From an uncultured Rikenellaceae bacterium (GTDB lineage Bacteria > Bacteroidota > Bacteroidia > Bacteroidales > Rikenellaceae): DNA of 64,000 bases. The stretch spans positions 8,440 through 72,439 of the forward strand of contig CAMRBL010000001.1 in the NCBI GenBank assembly GCA_947040435.1, read 5' to 3'. The notes under the pieces were generated by a model. It was not told the DNA's origin, made no database searches, and saw nothing but the letters and a program-made list of their open reading frames with translations. The stretch's first letter is position 1. The number at the start of each line of letters is the position of its first letter. Positions 10,278 through 20,441 of the stretch are shown in pieces. The position numbers were made by a program, and so were the translations under genes.

Positions 10278-10436
10278 TATAACCTATTTTCTATTTAATT
10301 TATACAAAACGTGTAAAGATACAATTTTATTCTTGAACCAAAAACGCTATTCTCAAATTACTGTAACCTCAATGAAAAAAAAATATGTTTTCACCATTGA
10401 GGCTGAATGAATAGGCGTTATTAAATAAATAAATAT

Positions 10437-10444
10437 TATCTTTG
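10437..10444 (+). promoter_or_regulatory. Bacteroidota-type -7 box (TATCTTTG) upstream of the S1-domain gene
   Basis: Matches the TAnnTTTG consensus 28 nt before the ATG at 10472. Confidence 0.35.
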
Positions 10445-10471
10445 TCGTTTAAACATTTAATAGATTAAATT

Positions 10472-11311
10472 ATGTTATTAGCAGGTGATTATCACACTCT
10501 AGAAGTAAATCGTGTCTCTGATTATGGACTCTATCTTATAGACAAAGATGAAGAAGAGGTCCTACTTCCAAATAGATTCGTATCATTGGAAAACAAGGTA
10601 GGTGATATGATACGCGTATTTATATATCACGACTCAGAAGATAGAATTGTAGCTTCAACAGAGACTCCAACAATCGTAGTAGATCAAGTTGCGAGCCTAA
10701 AGGTTGTAGACCAAACTCCACATGGAGCATTCTTAGATTGGGGATTGATGGGAAAAGATATTTTTCTTCCAAACAGAAATATGATAGGTAGAGTTGAAGT
10801 TGGTCAACCTTGTGTGGTTGGTGCATACAGAGACAACATCACAGGACGAGCAGTTGTTACGATGGCTCTCAAAAACTTTATATCAAATGATATTATTGAC
10901 GTTAGACCTCGTCAAAAGGTTGAGATATTAGTGGCACAGGAGACTCCACTTGGCTTTAGGGTTATTGTTGAAGGTAAAAATTGGGGCGTTCTTTATAACA
11001 ATCAAATATTTTCAAGAGTAGAGGTTGGAGATACATTAACAGGATTTGTTCGCAAAATTACTGATGATGACCGAATTGACATAAACCTACAAATGGAGGG
11101 ATACGATCAGGTTAAAGACTCAGCATTGAAGTTAATTGACCTTATGGACAAAAATGGCGGTGAGCTACCTATTGGTGACAATAGCGATCCTGACGCGATT
11201 AGAGTTATGACTCAAATGAGCAAGAAAGTATTCAAACGCTCAGTAGGTTATCTATTGAAGAGTGGAGATGTAGATGCTTCTCCAAGCAAAATCAGATTGA
11301 TAAGAAAATAG
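10472..11311 (+). CDS. S1-like RNA-binding domain protein (CvfB/YitL family)
   Basis: Repeated S1-like modules (GDY.TLEV.RVSDYGLYL; HGAFLDWG..KDIFLP) and a C-terminal winged-helix-like tail. Confidence 0.7.
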   Translation: MLLAGDYHTLEVNRVSDYGLYLIDKDEEEVLLPNRFVSLENKVGDMIRVFIYHDSEDRIVASTETPTIVVDQVASLKVVDQTPHGAFLDWGLMGKDIFLPNRNMIGRVEVGQPCVVGAYRDNITGRAVVTMALKNFISNDIIDVRPRQKVEILVAQETPLGFRVIVEGKNWGVLYNNQIFSRVEVGDTLTGFVRKITDDDRIDINLQMEGYDQVKDSALKLIDLMDKNGGELPIGDNSDPDAIRVMTQMSKKVFKRSVGYLLKSGDVDASPSKIRLIRK

Positions 11312-11313
11312 CA

Positions 11314-12084
11314 ATGGAAAAGACACAGAGTACTGTGCGAGTTTCGCATAGAGACTCCTCAGATAATTTTGTGTTTCAACGCTCAATATTTGCCTACTAC
11401 AAAGCGGCTGAAATTGTAAGTGGTGATGTTTTAGAGATAGGAACAGGCTTAGGGCATGGGGTTGAGATTATTTCACCCCATACTCGTAGCTTTATAACAA
11501 TAGATAACGATGATACGAATTTAGATCTATCTAATTATCCTAATGTTGAGTTTCATAAAATTTCTGCACCTCCAATTAAAGGCATTGCATCTGCAAGTGT
11601 TGACTACGTTATTTGCTTTCAAATCATTGAGCACATTAAACGTGACTTTGACCTAATGAGAGAGATCAATAGAGTTTTGCGACCGGGAGGTAGATTAATC
11701 ATATCTACTCCAAACGCAAAAGCCTCTTTGACTCGAAACCCATGGCACGTAAGAGAGTATACTGCAGATGAATTTAAAAACTTCTTAGGTAGCCTCTTCT
11801 ATCGTGTTGAATCTCTGGGTGTGTTTGGGAGCGACAACGTAGTAACTTATCTAAACAAGAACAGAGAGTCTGTAAGGAATATAACTAGGTTTGACATACT
11901 AAATATCCAGTATTGGCTTCCTCGTTCATTTTTAAAGCTGCCATACAACCTCCTAAATAGGGTTAATAGACGGAGACTTTTAGTTGAAAATAGAAAACTT
12001 ACAACAAGTATATCTATGTCTGATTACTATCTAGAGAGTGCTAATGATAGCTGCTTAGACCTATTCTACATAGCTACAAAATAA
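11314..12084 (+). CDS. Class I SAM-dependent methyltransferase
   Basis: Motif I VLEIGTGLGHG and the post-I/II pattern (VDYVICFQIIEHI...LRPGGRLIIS). Confidence 0.75.
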   Translation: MEKTQSTVRVSHRDSSDNFVFQRSIFAYYKAAEIVSGDVLEIGTGLGHGVEIISPHTRSFITIDNDDTNLDLSNYPNVEFHKISAPPIKGIASASVDYVICFQIIEHIKRDFDLMREINRVLRPGGRLIISTPNAKASLTRNPWHVREYTADEFKNFLGSLFYRVESLGVFGSDNVVTYLNKNRESVRNITRFDILNIQYWLPRSFLKLPYNLLNRVNRRRLLVENRKLTTSISMSDYYLESANDSCLDLFYIATK

Positions 12085-12085
12085 C

Positions 12086-12116
12086 AAATAGCCGAGAACT
12101 AAGTTCTCGGCTATTT
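12086..12116. terminator. Bidirectional intrinsic terminator between convergent genes
   Basis: Perfect 15-bp arms AAATAGCCGAGAACT / AGTTCTCGGCTATTT around one central base, with T-rich flanks on both strands. Confidence 0.8.
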
Positions 12117-12141
12117 ATTTTGGTAGCATCATTATATCAAT

Positions 12142-12618
12142 TTAATTATCAATACTCTTCTTCACAGTAATGTGTCTTACGGTATCTACCGTCTCATCAT
12201 TGTCATTAATCAATGTTTTTGTTATAGTGGTAGTCTTTGCACCATCATAGAACTTAGTCGTCTCATGCTGTATCGAACGTACTTCTTTAACAGAAAAGAC
12301 TCCTATTCCAAATGCGACAAAACATATAAAACAACTTACGAGGGAAGTTACAACCCCTAAAATGGCTAATCCTTGTGGTTTTTCAAACATACCTGCAATT
12401 GCAAAACCTAAGCCAATTACCGATACAAAAATACCACAAAATATAAATATTAGAGTTACTCTCGAAGGCTCAAGGTTGAAAATAGAGAGTACACTCAATA
12501 AAGAGATGACTCCAAACACTAAGCCAATAAGTGCAAAAATAGATCCAACACGACCGAATTGATTCGTCGTTTTACAGTCTGGTGTAACTGGGGGTTGATT
12601 GAAATCTTGATTTATCAT
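12142..12618 (-). CDS. Small membrane protein (Pro-rich N-terminus, about 3 TM, Thr-rich C-terminal tail); paralog of 12739-13233
   Basis: Hydrophobicity pattern and shared architecture with the neighbouring gene. No family recognised. Confidence 0.55.
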   Translation of the reverse strand: MINQDFNQPPVTPDCKTTNQFGRVGSIFALIGLVFGVISLLSVLSIFNLEPSRVTLIFIFCGIFVSVIGLGFAIAGMFEKPQGLAILGVVTSLVSCFICFVAFGIGVFSVKEVRSIQHETTKFYDGAKTTTITKTLINDNDETVDTVRHITVKKSIDN

Positions 12619-12738
12619 TTATTTTATTTTTTTGAAGTTATTGTGATTGTTTAATTTACGAAACAAAATGGTGATCGCATGCAACTAAATATCAATTCAC
12701 ATCTAATGATTTTTACTTTTATATCTACTTGTACCCTC

Positions 12739-13233
12739 TTAAATAGAGACACCATCTCTAGTTACGGTCTCCTTAACGGTGGTTACTCCACTAGTATCTG
12801 TATAGGATATCTCTTCCAACACAAGAGTGCTATTTGTAAAGAAATTTGTTGTAGTCTCTGTTTTCTTTCTGACCTCCCCAGTAATATCCTCTGTAATTGA
12901 AGTTCCACTCGTTGAGACTCTGTTTGTGCCAGCAAAACCTATAAAAAGGAGAGATGCAAGTAGACCTACCGAAGATATAACTAATCCAGCAATAGCGAAT
13001 TGGCGTAACGGTTTAAATGCACCTACAAGCGATAATACAAACCCAGACAGAGATAATATAAAGCCTAATATCCACATAATTAAAAATCCTGGATAAGAAT
13101 ATAAACCCCCAAAACAGCACAGTAGTGCGAAGAATAAGCCTAGGATGGAGAGTCTAAATCCAATATATCCAAATTTACTACTATTGTTATTTTTAGGTAC
13201 GGGTGGTGGTTGAGAATAGGGTTGATTTGTCAT
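12739..13233 (-). CDS. Small membrane protein, tandem paralog of 12142-12618
   Basis: Same layout: M(T/I)NQ..QPP.. N-terminus, G/L/F-rich TM helices, Thr-rich tail. Confidence 0.55.
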   Translation of the reverse strand: MTNQPYSQPPPVPKNNNSSKFGYIGFRLSILGLFFALLCCFGGLYSYPGFLIMWILGFILSLSGFVLSLVGAFKPLRQFAIAGLVISSVGLLASLLFIGFAGTNRVSTSGTSITEDITGEVRKKTETTTNFFTNSTLVLEEISYTDTSGVTTVKETVTRDGVSI

Positions 13234-13407
13234 TTGAGCTAAGATTTAAAGGTTAAAGCTACATATTACTCACTTGCAATATACTCATTATTCACAACAC
13301 AACAAATTTTAAACTAAAAATAATCTCTGATTTTTCATAAGTTTATAAAATCAATATATTATAATCATTTTTTATACGTTATTTTATTAAAATCTTTAGT
13401 TAAAAAT

Positions 13408-13438
13408 TTTGTTCTCATTCAACAGTTCGCTATTTTTG
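13408..13438 (+). promoter_or_regulatory. Putative promoter of the suf operon (TTTG-N19-TATTTTTG)
   Basis: -33-like TTTG at 13408-13411 and -7 box TATTTTTG at 13431-13438, spaced 19 nt apart and about 70 nt before the sufB ATG. Confidence 0.45.
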
Positions 13439-13510
13439 TAGATTGTTTCCACACTGCAATAGTGTGTGTTTATGAGGCAATATTTTAAAAGTTATGCTTA
13501 ATAAAGTAAG

Positions 13511-14956
13511 ATGGAAGAGAGTAATAAAGTAATAGAAGATATAGCAGGGCAAGATTACAAGTACGGCTTCGTAACCGATATTGAAACGGAGATGATCCCT
13601 AAGGGGCTAAATGAAGATGTTGTACGTCTAATTTCGTCTAAAAAGGGAGAGCCTGAATGGATGACGGAGTACAGACTAAAAGCATTCCGCCATTGGCAAA
13701 CCTTAGCTATGCCAGATTGGGCACAACTTAATATCCCTGAGATTGATTATCAGGAGATTATATACTACGCAGCACCAAGAACAACCCCTAAATACCAATC
13801 AATGGATGAGGTTGACCCTGAGTTGATTGAGACATTTGAGAAGCTAGGTGTTCCTATTGAAGAGCAGATGGCTCTTGCGGGGGTAGCAATTGATGCTGTA
13901 ATGGATTCGGTATCCGTAGCAACAACATTCAAAGCCTCTTTAGCTGAGAAAGGTATAATTTTCGGCTCTATAAGCGAGGCAATGAAAGATTATCCAGACC
14001 TTGTTCGCAAGTACATGGGAAGTGTTGTTCCTCATACAGACAACTTCTTTGCAGCCCTTAACGCAGCAGTCTTTTCAGATGGATCTTTTTGCTATATTCC
14101 TAAGGGGGTGAGATGTCCAATGGAGCTTAGCACATATTTTAGAATCAACGCAGCGGGCACAGGGCAATTTGAAAGAACTCTAATTGTTGCAGATGAAGGT
14201 TCGTATGTCAGCTACTTGGAGGGGTGTACTGCGCCGCAAAGAGATGAAAACCAACTTCATGCTGCCGTTGTCGAGATTGTGATTATGAAAGATGCCGAGG
14301 TAAAATACTCTACCGTTCAGAACTGGTATCCCGGAGATAAAAACGGTAAAGGTGGTATATTTAACTTTGTAACGAAGAGAGGAATATGCAAGGGGGAGAA
14401 CTCTCGCCTATCTTGGACTCAGGTTGAGACGGGTTCTGCGATAACGTGGAAATATCCATCATGCATCCTAGCTGGAGATAATAGTGTAGCAGAGTTCTAC
14501 TCTGTGGCATTGACAAATAACTACCAACAAGCAGATACGGGAACAAAAATGATTCACCTAGGCAAAAATAGCCGTAGTAGAATTATCTCGAAAGGAATAT
14601 CTGCAGGTAAGAGCCAGAACACATACCGAGGTCTAGTAAAAGTTGGTAAGCGTGCGGATGGGTCAAGAAACCACTCGCAGTGTGACTCTCTACTTGTTGG
14701 AGATAGATGTGGAGCGCATACTTTCCCATACATGGATGTTCAAAATTCGAGTGCAGTTGTTGAGCATGAAGCTACAATATCTAAGATTAGTGAAGATCAA
14801 TTGAACTACTGTAACCAAAGGGGTATTACAACCGAAGATGCTGTTGGTTTGATTGTTGGAGGATACGCAAAAGAGGTGTTAAATAAACTACCTATGGAGT
14901 TTGCAATTGAAGCACAAAAACTCTTGGCTATTAGTCTTGAGGGTAGTGTTGGATAG
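13511..14956 (+). CDS. sufB: Fe-S cluster assembly protein SufB
   Basis: Highly conserved SufB sequence (…YLEGCTAP…VQNWYPGD…[12 protein letters not shown]-like…). Confidence 0.95.
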   Translation: MEESNKVIEDIAGQDYKYGFVTDIETEMIPKGLNEDVVRLISSKKGEPEWMTEYRLKAFRHWQTLAMPDWAQLNIPEIDYQEIIYYAAPRTTPKYQSMDEVDPELIETFEKLGVPIEEQMALAGVAIDAVMDSVSVATTFKASLAEKGIIFGSISEAMKDYPDLVRKYMGSVVPHTDNFFAALNAAVFSDGSFCYIPKGVRCPMELSTYFRINAAGTGQFERTLIVADEGSYVSYLEGCTAPQRDENQLHAAVVEIVIMKDAEVKYSTVQNWYPGDKNGKGGIFNFVTKRGICKGENSRLSWTQVETGSAITWKYPSCILAGDNSVAEFYSVALTNNYQQADTGTKMIHLGKNSRSRIISKGISAGKSQNTYRGLVKVGKRADGSRNHSQCDSLLVGDRCGAHTFPYMDVQNSSAVVEHEATISKISEDQLNYCNQRGITTEDAVGLIVGGYAKEVLNKLPMEFAIEAQKLLAISLEGSVG

Positions 14957-15021
14957 TCGAGCCAATTAGTCGACAAATAGAACAAATATTAGTTATAGAG
15001 ATAAAATAACAACGATATATA

Positions 15022-15771
15022 ATGTTAGAGATAAAAAATTTACACGCAAGTGTAGGCGGAAAAAAGATATTAAAAGGTATTAATCTTAGTGTTAAAGCTG
15101 GAGAAATTCACGCTATCATGGGTCCTAACGGAGCTGGAAAGAGCACATTAGCATCAGTACTAGCGGGGAATCAAAAATTTGATGTCACTGAAGGTGAGGT
15201 TATCTTTGAGGGTAATAGTCTCCTTGAGTCTAGTGTTGAAGATAGAGCTAGAGCGGGTCTATTCTTAGGATTCCAATATCCAGTAGAGATCCCAGGTGTT
15301 AGTATGGCAAATTTCATGAAACTAGCTATTGCTGAGAGACGAAGACATCAAGGGTTAGAGCCTTTGACTTCAAGTGAGTTTCTGAAATTAATGCGAGAGA
15401 AGAGTCAAGTTGTTGAACTCGGAGGTAAATTGATGGGAAGAGCTGTCAATGAGGGCTTTTCTGGTGGAGAGAAGAAGCGTAATGAGATATTCCAAATGGC
15501 GATGCTTGATCCAAAACTAGCTATTCTTGATGAGACAGATAGTGGTCTAGATATTGATGCGTTGCGAGTTGTTGCAACGGGAGTAACAAAGCTACACAGA
15601 GAAGATAATGCTACAATCGTAATTACACACTACCAACGTCTACTTGATTATATCGTTCCAGATTTTGTGCACGTACTATACGACGGACAAATCATATACA
15701 CTGGAAATAAGGAGTTGGCTCTGAAGCTTGAGGCTGAGGGTTACGACTGGCTAATAAATAAATCTGAATAA
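15022..15771 (+). CDS. sufC: Fe-S cluster assembly ATPase SufC
   Basis: Walker A GPNGAGKSTL, signature FSGGEKKRNEI, Walker B ILDETDSGLD. Confidence 0.95.
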   Translation: MLEIKNLHASVGGKKILKGINLSVKAGEIHAIMGPNGAGKSTLASVLAGNQKFDVTEGEVIFEGNSLLESSVEDRARAGLFLGFQYPVEIPGVSMANFMKLAIAERRRHQGLEPLTSSEFLKLMREKSQVVELGGKLMGRAVNEGFSGGEKKRNEIFQMAMLDPKLAILDETDSGLDIDALRVVATGVTKLHREDNATIVITHYQRLLDYIVPDFVHVLYDGQIIYTGNKELALKLEAEGYDWLINKSE

Positions 15772-15779
15772 TTTCTGCT

Positions 15780-17075
15780 ATGACAAAAAGTACAGAAGAG
15801 AGGTTATTGGAGCTATATTTCGCCAATTTAGATATTATTGGTGATGGATTTCCGCTGAGTCTAAACTCAAAGCGTAGAGATTATCTTGAGAGCTTTAATC
15901 TGATTGGACTTCCATCTAAAAAAGATGAAGCTTATAGACACACTCCAATCAAGGGTATATTTGAACAAGAGTGGGAGAACTATTTTATCCCGACTGAAAC
16001 ACCTAATAATTTGCCTTGTGAGGGAGATTGCGAGTGTTGCATTAAGGTTTCCAATGGTTTTCTTGGAGAGGATTATCGCTGGTTACAGATGGATAATGGC
16101 GTTGCAATTGGCTCTATAAAGAGTGCTTTGCAGCATATGCCCGAAGTTGTGTTATCGCACCTGAACAGCATGGCGCAAAATGATACAGAACCATTAACGG
16201 CATTGAATAGTGCATTTATGCAAGATTGTGTATTTGTATTTATTCCTAAGGGAACCAAAGTTGAGAGATCAATTTGCATTGAATACAACTACTCTACGAA
16301 GGATCAACAAGTAATGAGTTTTGCTCGTATGTTGGTCGTTGCAGAGGATGGCGTAGATGCTAAAATATCTGTACTACATAAGAATAGAGAGGGTTCGTTT
16401 ATGGTAAACTTTGTCAAAGAGGTATACGTGGGAGATAGTGCTACGGTTGAATTGACAGAGTTTAGCGATATGAATTGCAATAGTGTGCTATTTAACAACA
16501 GCTACTCAAGCCAAAAGAAACAGAGTAAATTGAGTGGGGTTAACATCTGGCTCGGGGGTTCAGTGACACGCTACAATGGCGTCGGAGAGTTTGACTCGAC
16601 AGAGAGCGAGAATAAATTCTATGGTCTATATGTCTCCGAAGGGGAGCAAGTTTTTGATATAAACACATATGTGAATCACAAAGTGAGTGATTGTAGCAGT
16701 TATCAACAAGTAAAGGGAATTGCAGGGGGAAGCTCTGTTGGTTCATTTACAGGTAGGGTATATGTTGCTACTGATGCACAGCGAAGTGATGCCGTTCAGC
16801 AGAGCAAGAACCTATTAATGGGAAGCGATGCTAGGGTATATGCAGAACCGCAACTGGAGATATATGCTGATGATGTAAAGTGTAGCCACGGAGCAACTGT
16901 TGGTCAGATAAATGATGACTCCATATATTATATGCGTCAAAGAGGACTTAGCGAGGCTAATGCCCGAAAATTATTGATGCACGGCTATATCAATGACATC
17001 ATCATGCACTGCTCAATAGAGCACGTATGCGATGAGATTGTCTCATCTGTGGATCGTATTGTGGACAGATTCTAA
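15780..17075 (+). CDS. sufD: Fe-S cluster assembly protein SufD
   Basis: The C-terminal beta-helix region (…PQLEIYADDVKCSHGATVGQI…YYMRQRGLS…) is typical of SufD, and the gene sits between sufC and sufS. Confidence 0.9.
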   Translation: MTKSTEERLLELYFANLDIIGDGFPLSLNSKRRDYLESFNLIGLPSKKDEAYRHTPIKGIFEQEWENYFIPTETPNNLPCEGDCECCIKVSNGFLGEDYRWLQMDNGVAIGSIKSALQHMPEVVLSHLNSMAQNDTEPLTALNSAFMQDCVFVFIPKGTKVERSICIEYNYSTKDQQVMSFARMLVVAEDGVDAKISVLHKNREGSFMVNFVKEVYVGDSATVELTEFSDMNCNSVLFNNSYSSQKKQSKLSGVNIWLGGSVTRYNGVGEFDSTESENKFYGLYVSEGEQVFDINTYVNHKVSDCSSYQQVKGIAGGSSVGSFTGRVYVATDAQRSDAVQQSKNLLMGSDARVYAEPQLEIYADDVKCSHGATVGQINDDSIYYMRQRGLSEANARKLLMHGYINDIIMHCSIEHVCDEIVSSVDRIVDRF

Positions 17076-17136
17076 TTAACTTCCCTAGATGGGTAGAGAC
17101 TGCGTTACAGCAGGGAACATTATATATACAAAAATT

Positions 17137-18363
17137 ATGGAGCATTTCGATATAAATAAAGTACGTGCAGAGTTCCCTATTTTAGATCAATTGGTGCACA
17201 AAAAACCATTGATATATTTAGATAGTGGAGCTACGGCACAAAAGCCTTTACAGGTTATTGAGTGCGTCAATAGATTGCATAGAGAGTTAAACTCTAACAT
17301 ACATAGAGGCGTTCACTACTTGAGCGAACGTGTTACGGAGGAGTATGAGGCTTCTAGAGAGTGTGTGCGAGAGTTCATTGGTGCGAAAGAGTGTGCTGAG
17401 GTCATATTCACTTCAGGGGCTACGGCTGGGGTAAATTGTGTCGCTTATAGTTTCGGTGAGGCATTTATTAAAGAGGGAGACAATGTCGTTGTAAGCGAGA
17501 TGGAACACCACTCTAACATTGTTCCATGGCAGTTGATCTGCGAGCGTAAAGGTGCTACAATTAGAGTTCTCCCGTTCGATGACAAAGGCTGCTTATGTAT
17601 AGACCAACTAGATGAGTTGATTGACGAGCGAACACGTATTGTTGCTGTAACTCAAGCCTCTAATGTACTAGGAACTAGACCCAATATAAAGAGAGTCGTT
17701 GAGATAGCTCACGCTAAAAATGTACCTGTATTGATCGATGGATGTCAAGGCATTGTACACGGGGGCGTTAATGTTTCCGATTTAGATTGTGACTTTTATC
17801 TATTCTCAGGACACAAACTATACGCACCAACGGGAATCGGAGTCCTTTATGGAAAGCGAGAGCTACTAGAGAAGATGCCTCCATTTATGGGAGGCGGTGA
17901 TATGGTAGCTACTGTATCGTTTGAGAAGACAACATATGCAGAGTTACCTCTTCGTTTTGAGGCTGGAACTTCAAATTATATAGGAGCAATTGCTCTAGCC
18001 GAAGCGATTAGATTTATTCAACGTTTCGACATGAGTGCGATTGCAAAGCACGAACACTCTCTTCTAAAACATGCTGAGGCTTCTCTATCAGATATTGATG
18101 GAGTTAAGATCTATGGCGAGTGTGCGGATAAGTGTGCAATAGTATCCTTTAATATTGATGGTATACACCCTTATGATTTAGGAATGATTGTTGATAAACT
18201 AGGAGTTGCTATTCGTACGGGAACACACTGCGCTGAGCCAATAATGACTCACTTTGGCGTTACGGGAATGTGTAGAGCATCTTTCGGAATATACAACACA
18301 TTAGAAGATATTGACATTTTCAAGAGTGCACTTAATCGTGCAGTCGGTATGTTGAGAAACTAG
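17137..18363 (+). CDS. sufS: Cysteine desulfurase SufS (class V aminotransferase)
   Basis: FPIL....IYLDSGATAQKP, the PLP-Lys motif SGHKLYAPTGIG and the catalytic RTGTHCA motif. I prefer the internal ATG at 17137 (MEHFDINKVRAEFP) over the track start at 17089. Confidence 0.9.
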   Translation: MEHFDINKVRAEFPILDQLVHKKPLIYLDSGATAQKPLQVIECVNRLHRELNSNIHRGVHYLSERVTEEYEASRECVREFIGAKECAEVIFTSGATAGVNCVAYSFGEAFIKEGDNVVVSEMEHHSNIVPWQLICERKGATIRVLPFDDKGCLCIDQLDELIDERTRIVAVTQASNVLGTRPNIKRVVEIAHAKNVPVLIDGCQGIVHGGVNVSDLDCDFYLFSGHKLYAPTGIGVLYGKRELLEKMPPFMGGGDMVATVSFEKTTYAELPLRFEAGTSNYIGAIALAEAIRFIQRFDMSAIAKHEHSLLKHAEASLSDIDGVKIYGECADKCAIVSFNIDGIHPYDLGMIVDKLGVAIRTGTHCAEPIMTHFGVTGMCRASFGIYNTLEDIDIFKSALNRAVGMLRN

Positions 18364-18428
18364 AGACTACCGACACAAATTAACACACCGCATTGTTGCA
18401 GATAACAGACTATATATAACTATAAAAT

Positions 18429-19118
18429 ATGCCATTTATTGTACTTGAAGGGTTAGACGGAGCAGGCAAATCGACCCAATTAGCCTTAATTAAGGAGCTG
18501 CTAAATAAAAGAGGTGAAGAGTGTGAGTACCTGCACTTCCCACGCTTTGACTCCCCTATTTATGGAGATTTGATCGCAAAGTTCCTAAGGGGTGACCTCG
18601 GTAGCCTAGATCAAGTGAACCCATATCTAGTGGCACTACTATTTGCAGGAGATCGTGCAGATGCAGCAAAACAGATACGTAAGTGGTTAGATAGTGGTAA
18701 GAGTATACTTTTAGATAGATACGTATACTCGAACATAGGATACCAATGCGCTAAACTTGAAGGTATCGCCGAACAAGACACTCTACGTGATTGGATTTTA
18801 GATACTGAATATACACAGTTTGCAATTCCAAAACCTGATATTTCAATATTTTTAGATGTCCCATTTGAATTTACAGCTGCAAAACTAGCTGAAGAGAGAT
18901 CTGGAGATGATAGAGCATATTTAAACGGAAAGAGAGATATACACGAAGATTCGCTAGAGTTGCAGAGGAGCGTTCGTGAAATATACCTAAGAAGTTCAGA
19001 GATTGATGATAAACTAAAGGTCGTTAACTGTGGAACGGATGACAACCAAATGGCATCACCTCAAGTAATATTTAGCCGAATTGAGAGCGTGCTAAACAGT
19101 ATGAATATAATATTTTAG
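18429..19118 (+). CDS. tmk: dTMP (thymidylate) kinase
   Basis: P-loop FIVLEGLDGAGKSTQ and the DRY motif LLDRYVYSNIGYQ. Confidence 0.85.
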   Translation: MPFIVLEGLDGAGKSTQLALIKELLNKRGEECEYLHFPRFDSPIYGDLIAKFLRGDLGSLDQVNPYLVALLFAGDRADAAKQIRKWLDSGKSILLDRYVYSNIGYQCAKLEGIAEQDTLRDWILDTEYTQFAIPKPDISIFLDVPFEFTAAKLAEERSGDDRAYLNGKRDIHEDSLELQRSVREIYLRSSEIDDKLKVVNCGTDDNQMASPQVIFSRIESVLNSMNIIF

Positions 19119-19122
19119 CGTT

Positions 19123-20238
19123 ATGAATGGTCGTGCGTATCGTATTATCTTGACTCTTTTTAGATTAATCCTATCTGCCGTATTTATATTCTCTGGATTT
19201 ATTAAGTCGATTGACCCTTGGGGTACGGCGATAAAAGTTGGGGAGTATATATCAGCTGTTAATCTCGAATTCTCCGATAATATATACTTAGGCCTATCAT
19301 TTCTACTCTGCGGCGGAGAGTTACTCCTCGGATTACTGCTCCTTTTTGGCGTATGGAAAAGAGTGTTTTCAACAGTAGCAATGTTATTTATGTCAGTGAT
19401 GACTCTGCTAACGTTGTGGATTGCCATTTGGAATCCAGTCGCAGATTGCGGATGCTTTGGAGACGCTGTCAAGCTAACTAATTGGGAAACATTCTTCAAA
19501 AATTTAGTACTCTTACCTATAAGTATCATGTTGTGGAGAGCATGGTCTCGACCTGGAGCAACCGAAACAAATACGATGCTATCAAAGAGCATGAGGGTTA
19601 TATTGCCCATTTGTCTATTAAGCTTTATATCTTTTGGAGTCTGCTTTTACTCACTTAAACACCTCCCGATTATAGATTTTTTACCTTATAAAGTTGGTGT
19701 AGACTTACTTTCAGATTTTAAAGATCAAAGTGAAGTAACGAGTGGTGATGAGACAAAACTAATATACAAAAATATTGATAGTGGTAAACTCTCAGAGTTC
19801 ACTCTCAACGATACAGAGTGGTACGACACATTGAAATGGGAATATGTAGAGACAATTACCCCAACAGAGAGCTCGAATAGCGCAATTAATGAATTCATGC
19901 TATTCGATGGGACAGACTTTATTACAGAAAATGTATTGGCCGAGGAGAGAGTTCTACTAATAGCCATCTGGGATATGTCGACACCAATCGCAACCAACTG
20001 TATGACAAATCTAGTGAAATTAGTAGATGATTTAAGTGCAAAAAAATATAAAATATACTGTATAACACCATCTTCACTCGATAAATATCCACGCTTAAAT
20101 ATTGGAGGAGCAACCATTCAGACACTGAATATAGATGGTAAAACGCTTAAAAGTGCAATGAGAAGTGAAGTTGGTATTTTTGAGATTGATAATGGTATTA
20201 TCACCTCAAAAAGAAGCTGCTATAACGCACACAATTAG
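19123..20238 (+). CDS. DoxX/MauE-like membrane protein with a C-terminal soluble (thioredoxin-fold-like) domain
   Basis: The N-terminal roughly 170 aa has 4 TM segments including the CGCFG motif typical of the MauE/DoxX redox-associated family. The C-terminal roughly 190 aa is hydrophilic. Confidence 0.5.
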   Translation: MNGRAYRIILTLFRLILSAVFIFSGFIKSIDPWGTAIKVGEYISAVNLEFSDNIYLGLSFLLCGGELLLGLLLLFGVWKRVFSTVAMLFMSVMTLLTLWIAIWNPVADCGCFGDAVKLTNWETFFKNLVLLPISIMLWRAWSRPGATETNTMLSKSMRVILPICLLSFISFGVCFYSLKHLPIIDFLPYKVGVDLLSDFKDQSEVTSGDETKLIYKNIDSGKLSEFTLNDTEWYDTLKWEYVETITPTESSNSAINEFMLFDGTDFITENVLAEERVLLIAIWDMSTPIATNCMTNLVKLVDDLSAKKYKIYCITPSSLDKYPRLNIGGATIQTLNIDGKTLKSAMRSEVGIFEIDNGIITSKRSCYNAHN

Positions 20239-20360
20239 GCTGAAACACAACTTATATACGTAAAGTACTACTACCGCCTACACTACATGATCAAAGTGCA
20301 GTACAGCAAGCATAGGAGAGTTATATCTGTATCAACTCGCAAACGCATATATAACAAAAC

Positions 20361-20394
20361 AAAAAAGCCCTCAATAATATTGGGGGCTTTTTTG
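20361..20394. terminator. Bidirectional intrinsic terminator
   Basis: AAAAAAGCCCTCAAT-aat-ATTGGGGGCTTTTTT: a 9-bp GC-rich stem with one G.U, flanked by an A-run and a T-run, between convergent genes. Confidence 0.8.
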
Positions 20395-20441
20395 TTATAT
20401 TTTGTTTTATTATCTTATTAACCAGATAGCGTTATAATGTA

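Noticed and set aside
10367-10402. 8-bp inverted repeat CCTCAATG...CATTGAGG in the divergent promoter region between the lytic transglycosylase and the S1-domain gene.
   Set aside because: It has a short stem with a 20-nt A-rich loop, is not followed by a T-tract, and is not statistically remarkable.
13450-13466. Palindrome CACACT-gcaat-AGTGTG just downstream of the predicted suf promoter, as a possible operator.
   Set aside because: A 6-bp inverted repeat with a short spacer is expected by chance in a 270-bp intergenic region, and I recognise no known regulator motif in it. It is worth rechecking only if conserved in relatives.
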